A stretch of 64,000 nucleotides of DNA from Ilumatobacteraceae bacterium. Lineage in GTDB: Bacteria > Actinomycetota > Acidimicrobiia > Acidimicrobiales > Ilumatobacteraceae. The stretch covers positions 6,880 through 70,879 of the forward strand of contig JBIILS010000001.1 in NCBI GenBank assembly GCA_044232585.1, given 5' to 3'. Shown piece by piece: positions 59,968 through 64,000 of this stretch. How positions within the stretch are numbered: the stretch's first letter is position 1; each line of letters opens with the position of its first letter. Made by a program: the position numbers and the translations under genes. Below the pieces are notes generated by a model. That model was not told where the DNA came from. It was given only the letters and a program-made list of their open reading frames with translations, and made no database searches.

Positions 59968-61942
59968 CTACGTCGCCTAATTGTCCTTCTGCCACTTCGG
60001 CGGCAAGACGAGCAATAAAGTCCACAACCGAAACGTCACGCTCCACTTCCCCACCCCGCGGATTGACACCTACAGAATGATGCGCAACGTCATCATCGCC
60101 AACTACAAGAACATACGGAACCTTGCTGGTCTTCGCGTTGCGAATGCGCTTTCCTAACTGTTCATCAGCATGATCGATATCAACTCGGAATCCGGCTTTC
60201 TTCAACTGAGCCACGACAGACTGTGCGTACTCGTCATGAGCAAGCGCAACAGGAAGCACTCGCACTTGTTCTGGTGAAAGCCAACTTGGGAAAGCACCTG
60301 CATAGTGTTCAATCAACACACCAAAGAATCGTTCAATTGATCCGAACAATGCGCGATGCAACATAATCGGACGATGACGAGCACCATCTGAACCGATGTA
60401 TTCCAATTCGAATCGTTCTGGCAAGTTGAAGTCACATTGGATTGTGCTCAACTGCCACTTACGCCCAATGGCATCACGAACGTCGATATCAATCTTCGGA
60501 CCATAGAACGCGGCATCGCCTTCCTTGATCTTGTACTGAACGCCATGACGGTCGAGTGCTTCACGCAAGGCCTCAGTAGCTTTGCCCCAGATTTCATCCG
60601 AGCCAACTGATTTTTGTGGGTCACGCGTGGACAGGTTGAATTCGAAATCACTGAATCCGAATCTGCGCAACACAGACATAATGAAATCAAGCAATGATGA
60701 AATCTCATCTGCCATCTGTTCTTCGGTGCAGTAGATATGGCTGTCATCTTGAGTGAACCCACGGATGCGCAGTAGACCATGAAGAGTTCCGGCACGCTCG
60801 TACCGGTACACATTGCCTAATTCGAATAAACGCAACGGAAGTTCGCGGTAACTGCGCTGACGGCTGTCAAAGATAAGACAGTGCATCGGGCAGTTCATTG
60901 GCTTCATGTAGTACGTGCCGTTATCCATCTCCATCGGCGGATACATACCGTCGGCGTAGAAATCAAGATGTCCGGACTTCGCAAACAGATTGGCGTTAGC
61001 AAGGTGCGGCGTGTACACGAACTGATAATCACCATCTTGGTGACGTTGACGGCTGTAGTCCTCCATCAATTTGCGCACTATCGCACCCTTTGGATGCCAG
61101 ACAGCGAGTCCGCCACCAAGTTCCGTTGGAAAAGACAAAAGATCTAGTTCGTTAGCCAGTCGGCGATGATCTCGCTTCGTAGCCTCTTCAAGCCGATGCA
61201 GATGCTCTTTCAGTGCAGTGTCTGATTCCCACGCGGTGCCATAAATGCGTTGCAGCATTGGGCCCTTCTCGTTTCCGCGCCAATACGCCCCAGCGACTTT
61301 CATCAGACTGAAATGCCCAAGGCGAGATGTTGAAGGCACATGAGGACCACGGCACAGATCAACGAACGAATCTGAGTTGCGGTACAGACTGACGGAGTCA
61401 GAACTACCAACTTCAGCAACATCAGTTCCGTCTGCGGCACCCGACGTGACACGCTCAATAATTTCGCACTTGTACGGTTGAGTAGCAAAGACAGCCAAAG
61501 CCTCTTTGACTGAAACTTCGGAACGAGTGAAAGGCTGATTTGCCTTCATGATCTCGCGCATCCGCTTCTCAATCGAAGCCAGATCATCATCAGAGAATGT
61601 CTTGTTTCCGGGCAATGCAAAGTCGTAGTAGAAACCGTCTTCGATTGCCGGCCCAATTGTGAAGTGAGCCCCCTCAAACAACTGCACGACAGCCTGGGCC
61701 AGAACATGCGCAGTGGAATGTCGAAGTACGTGACGACCTTCTTCAGAGTCGGAAGTAATGATTGACACTGAGGCTCCGTCAGGCAATGGCACTGACAAGT
61801 CGACTTCTGCACCATTTACAGTGCCTGCCACCGCTGCCTTTGCAAGCCGAGAACCAATAGAGGCAGCTAAATCGGCAATCGAAGAGCCAGCAGGCAGCGA
61901 GCGCGAGGAACCGTCGGGAAGAAGTACTGAAATCTCTGACAT
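59957..61942 (-). CDS. thrS: threonine--tRNA ligase
   Basis: 661 aa. TGS domain, editing domain (HSTAHVLA), class II core, anticodon-binding domain. Confidence 0.98.
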   Translation of the reverse strand: MSEISVLLPDGSSRSLPAGSSIADLAASIGSRLAKAAVAGTVNGAEVDLSVPLPDGASVSIITSDSEEGRHVLRHSTAHVLAQAVVQLFEGAHFTIGPAIEDGFYYDFALPGNKTFSDDDLASIEKRMREIMKANQPFTRSEVSVKEALAVFATQPYKCEIIERVTSGAADGTDVAEVGSSDSVSLYRNSDSFVDLCRGPHVPSTSRLGHFSLMKVAGAYWRGNEKGPMLQRIYGTAWESDTALKEHLHRLEEATKRDHRRLANELDLLSFPTELGGGLAVWHPKGAIVRKLMEDYSRQRHQDGDYQFVYTPHLANANLFAKSGHLDFYADGMYPPMEMDNGTYYMKPMNCPMHCLIFDSRQRSYRELPLRLFELGNVYRYERAGTLHGLLRIRGFTQDDSHIYCTEEQMADEISSLLDFIMSVLRRFGFSDFEFNLSTRDPQKSVGSDEIWGKATEALREALDRHGVQYKIKEGDAAFYGPKIDIDVRDAIGRKWQLSTIQCDFNLPERFELEYIGSDGARHRPIMLHRALFGSIERFFGVLIEHYAGAFPSWLSPEQVRVLPVALAHDEYAQSVVAQLKKAGFRVDIDHADEQLGKRIRNAKTSKVPYVLVVGDDDVAHHSVGVNPRGGEVERDVSVVDFIARLAAEVAEGQLGDVDVS

Positions 61943-61987
61943 GAGACACCCATTCTACGGCGCACCGGAGTGTCGGCTCGGGTCTAT

Positions 61988-62746
61988 TTAGCCGTGATCT
62001 ACCACTGCTTGCTCTGTTGGGATGCTCTCTGCACGTTTAGTGGCATAGACGTTGCGGTATTCCTGCCCGGTGAGAGCTTGGATTTCAAACATCAGTTCAT
62101 CAGTGATCTCGCGCAGCACCATGTGGTCGTCTGCTCGGTCGCGATACCGAGACACATCAATTGGCTCACCAATTTTGATTGTGCATTCAAGCCTCAAACG
62201 TGGCATCACAGTGTCAGGTGGTTGTATTTCTCTAGTGCCAATAATGCCAACCGGCAAAATGGGACATCCCACTTTCATAGCAAGACGAGCAGCGCCAGTG
62301 TGACCTTTGTACAACATGCCATCTCGACTACGAGTTCCTTCAGGAAATATCCCAAAGAGTTCCCCGCGCCGAAGAACTGCTTCTGCGGCAATGAGTGCAC
62401 CTTCGCTTTTTGACCCACCTGAACGATCAATCGGAATCATGCCAAGGGCTGGAAACAAATGTTTCGTCTTCCACGAATCCATGTACTCAGCTTTTCCCAC
62501 AAAACTGATTTGACGACCGGCATGGACCATAGTGAAAACAGAGTCGAGAAAGCTGATGTGATTCGGACACAAAATTGCTGGCCCAGCATCGGGAAGATTT
62601 TCAAAACCTTCAAAATTAAACTTCCACAACTTCGTGGTGAGAGGCCGTAGTAAAGCGCGAGCTCGCGGTTGAGCTCGGCTGGACACAGACTTCACCTCAT
62701 CATCGACTGATGATTGCGAATCGGAGTGTTTGGCCATGCTCGGCAA
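61988..62746 (-). CDS. plsC: 1-acyl-sn-glycerol-3-phosphate acyltransferase family protein
   Basis: 252 aa. NHISFLD (HX4D) and FPEGTRS. TTG start 6 nt after AGGAG. Confidence 0.8.
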   Translation of the reverse strand: MPSMAKHSDSQSSVDDEVKSVSSRAQPRARALLRPLTTKLWKFNFEGFENLPDAGPAILCPNHISFLDSVFTMVHAGRQISFVGKAEYMDSWKTKHLFPALGMIPIDRSGGSKSEGALIAAEAVLRRGELFGIFPEGTRSRDGMLYKGHTGAARLAMKVGCPILPVGIIGTREIQPPDTVMPRLRLECTIKIGEPIDVSRYRDRADDHMVLREITDELMFEIQALTGQEYRNVYATKRAESIPTEQAVVDHG

Positions 62747-62791
62747 ATAATACTCCTGATTTTGAGACCTCTTGGTCAGTACAACCAGTTG

Positions 62792-63937
62792 TTAGCGCGG
62801 TCCAACAGGAGTGAGTAATTCCACTCCCAAAAGAGCCGCCGAGGCACTGACGTCGACACCTGCTGCTGCGGCTGCATCAATCAGCGCAAGCGCCGAAGGC
62901 GTATCAAGGTCGTTATCAAGGCAGGCGCGCACCGAATCCAAAAGGTCTGATTGAGTTCCTCCGACAGAAGCAACCCACTGCGCCAGGCGCGCCGAACTAC
63001 GTGGCATCAGGGCTTCATCCCACTCCCACTCTTTGCGGTAATGATGCTCAATGATTGCAATGCGAATCGACCGAGGGTCCCACAATGTTCGCAACTGATC
63101 AACAAAGACCAAGTTGCCAAGACTCTTCGACATCTTCTCGCCATCTTTGAACACCATTGCTACATGCATCCAATGCTTTACAAATATTTCACCAGTTGCA
63201 GCCTCAGACTGTGCCCGTTCACATTCATGGTGAGGGAAAATCAAGTCGCTTCCACCACCATGTAAATCGATAGTTGTTCCGAGATCACGAAGTGCAAGTG
63301 CAGAACACTCGATATGCCAACCTGGTCGACCCGCGCCCCATGTTGCATCCCATGCTGGTTCATCTTCAGCCGACGGATGCCACAACACGAAGTCCAACGG
63401 ATTCCGTTTCTGAGGATCATCCACATTGCCGCCGCGTTGACGTGCAAATTCGAGCATTTGTTCGTGACTGTAATGAGATACTTCGCCGAAGGTCGGCACT
63501 TTAGTGACATCGAAGTACACGGAACCACCGACGGCATATGCAAACCCTCTGTCAAGTACGAGGCCGATGAATTTACGAATATCGGTAATTGCAGACGAAG
63601 CGCGAGGAGTGCTGTACGCAGGCAACATTTCGAGTGCTTCCATATCGCGATTAAAACGTGCCTCTTCGCCCGCTGCTAGATCAAGGTAATGAACACCGAG
63701 TTCTCTAGCTTTAGCGAACAACGGATCATCAACGTCTGTTACATTGCGCACGCACCGAACGGTATGCCCCAGGTCAATCAGTCTGCGTTGCAGAATGTCG
63801 TAGAACAGAAAAGTAGAAGCGTGACCCAAATGCGTTGCGTCGTACGGAGTAATGCCACAGGTGTACATCAGCACCAACTCACTCGGAGTAAACGGCACGA
63901 CGTCGCGCCGCGCAGTGTCGTACAAACGCATCGACAT
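62792..63937 (-). CDS. mshC: cysteine--1-D-myo-inosityl 2-amino-2-deoxy-alpha-D-glucopyranoside ligase (mycothiol ligase)
   Basis: 381 aa. MYTCGITPYDATHLGHASTF, VRNVTDVDDPL, KMSKSLGN. It has no anticodon-binding domain, which fits MshC rather than CysS. Confidence 0.86.
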   Translation of the reverse strand: MSMRLYDTARRDVVPFTPSELVLMYTCGITPYDATHLGHASTFLFYDILQRRLIDLGHTVRCVRNVTDVDDPLFAKARELGVHYLDLAAGEEARFNRDMEALEMLPAYSTPRASSAITDIRKFIGLVLDRGFAYAVGGSVYFDVTKVPTFGEVSHYSHEQMLEFARQRGGNVDDPQKRNPLDFVLWHPSAEDEPAWDATWGAGRPGWHIECSALALRDLGTTIDLHGGGSDLIFPHHECERAQSEAATGEIFVKHWMHVAMVFKDGEKMSKSLGNLVFVDQLRTLWDPRSIRIAIIEHHYRKEWEWDEALMPRSSARLAQWVASVGGTQSDLLDSVRACLDNDLDTPSALALIDAAAAAGVDVSASAALLGVELLTPVGPR

Positions 63938-64000
63938 GTTTAGAGAGCTTTCGCCCGAGGATCCTTCGTGATGCCTGTCAACTTTGGCGCAACACGCGTC

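Noticed and set aside
1-64000. Search for CRISPR arrays, tRNA or rRNA genes, IS elements, integrases, toxin-antitoxin or defence genes
   Set aside because: No non-coding gap longer than about 195 nt exists. No tandem repeat arrays were seen by eye, and no ORF resembles transposases, recombinases or known defence proteins. Small dispersed repeats cannot be excluded without computation.

Overview
This window is an almost gap-free, mostly minus-strand block of core housekeeping genes from an Actinomycetota genome. The phylum call rests on MihF, MshC, the PgsA/HtrB-like/PimA phosphatidylinositol-mannoside genes, and a gene order like that of Mycobacterium and Streptomyces. GC looks moderate and the genome looks streamlined, but neither was computed.

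Gene order, left to right:
- argC (fragment), pheST, a TrmH-family gene, rplT-rpmI-infC, hisG, fmt-def, priA, metK, coaBC, rpoZ, gmk, mihF
- pyrD, carBA, pyrC, pyrB, pyrR, nusB, efp, pepP
- aroQ, aroB, aroK, aroC, aroE, mltG, ruvX, alaS, rarA, aspS, hisS, rel
- secFD, yajC, tgt, queA, ruvBAC, bcp, yebC, pdxTS
- pimA, an ars cluster, an htrB-like gene, pgsA, a HIT gene, thrS, plsC, mshC

I found no rRNA, tRNA, CRISPR array, transposase, integrase or phage gene. Every ORF over about 100 aa that is not antisense to a clear gene is accounted for, so I cannot support a new multi-gene system here.

The unusual signals are smaller in scale:
1. Two genes (the TrmH-family methyltransferase and priA) have conserved N-termini that lie upstream of any ATG/GTG/TTG. 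In each, the only plausible initiator is a CTG inside a CTGA overlap with the upstream gene's stop codon.
2. infC appears to start at AUA. It is preceded by a strong Shine-Dalgarno (SD) sequence, an in-frame AUU and a two-codon mini-ORF, within a hairpin-rich leader.
3. The pyrR leader carries PyrR-box-like motifs and an intrinsic terminator.
4. The PriA homolog has no recognisable P-loop.
5. An arsR / arsI-MIP-arsC cluster plus an LLM oxidoreductase gene sits inside the otherwise conserved pgsA-htrB-pimA block.
6. An M48-like protein has a destroyed HEXXH motif.

The ORF track starts each ORF at the most upstream ATG/GTG/TTG. Several starts were therefore trimmed or extended by reasoning from conserved N-termini and from 4-nt NTGA overlaps.
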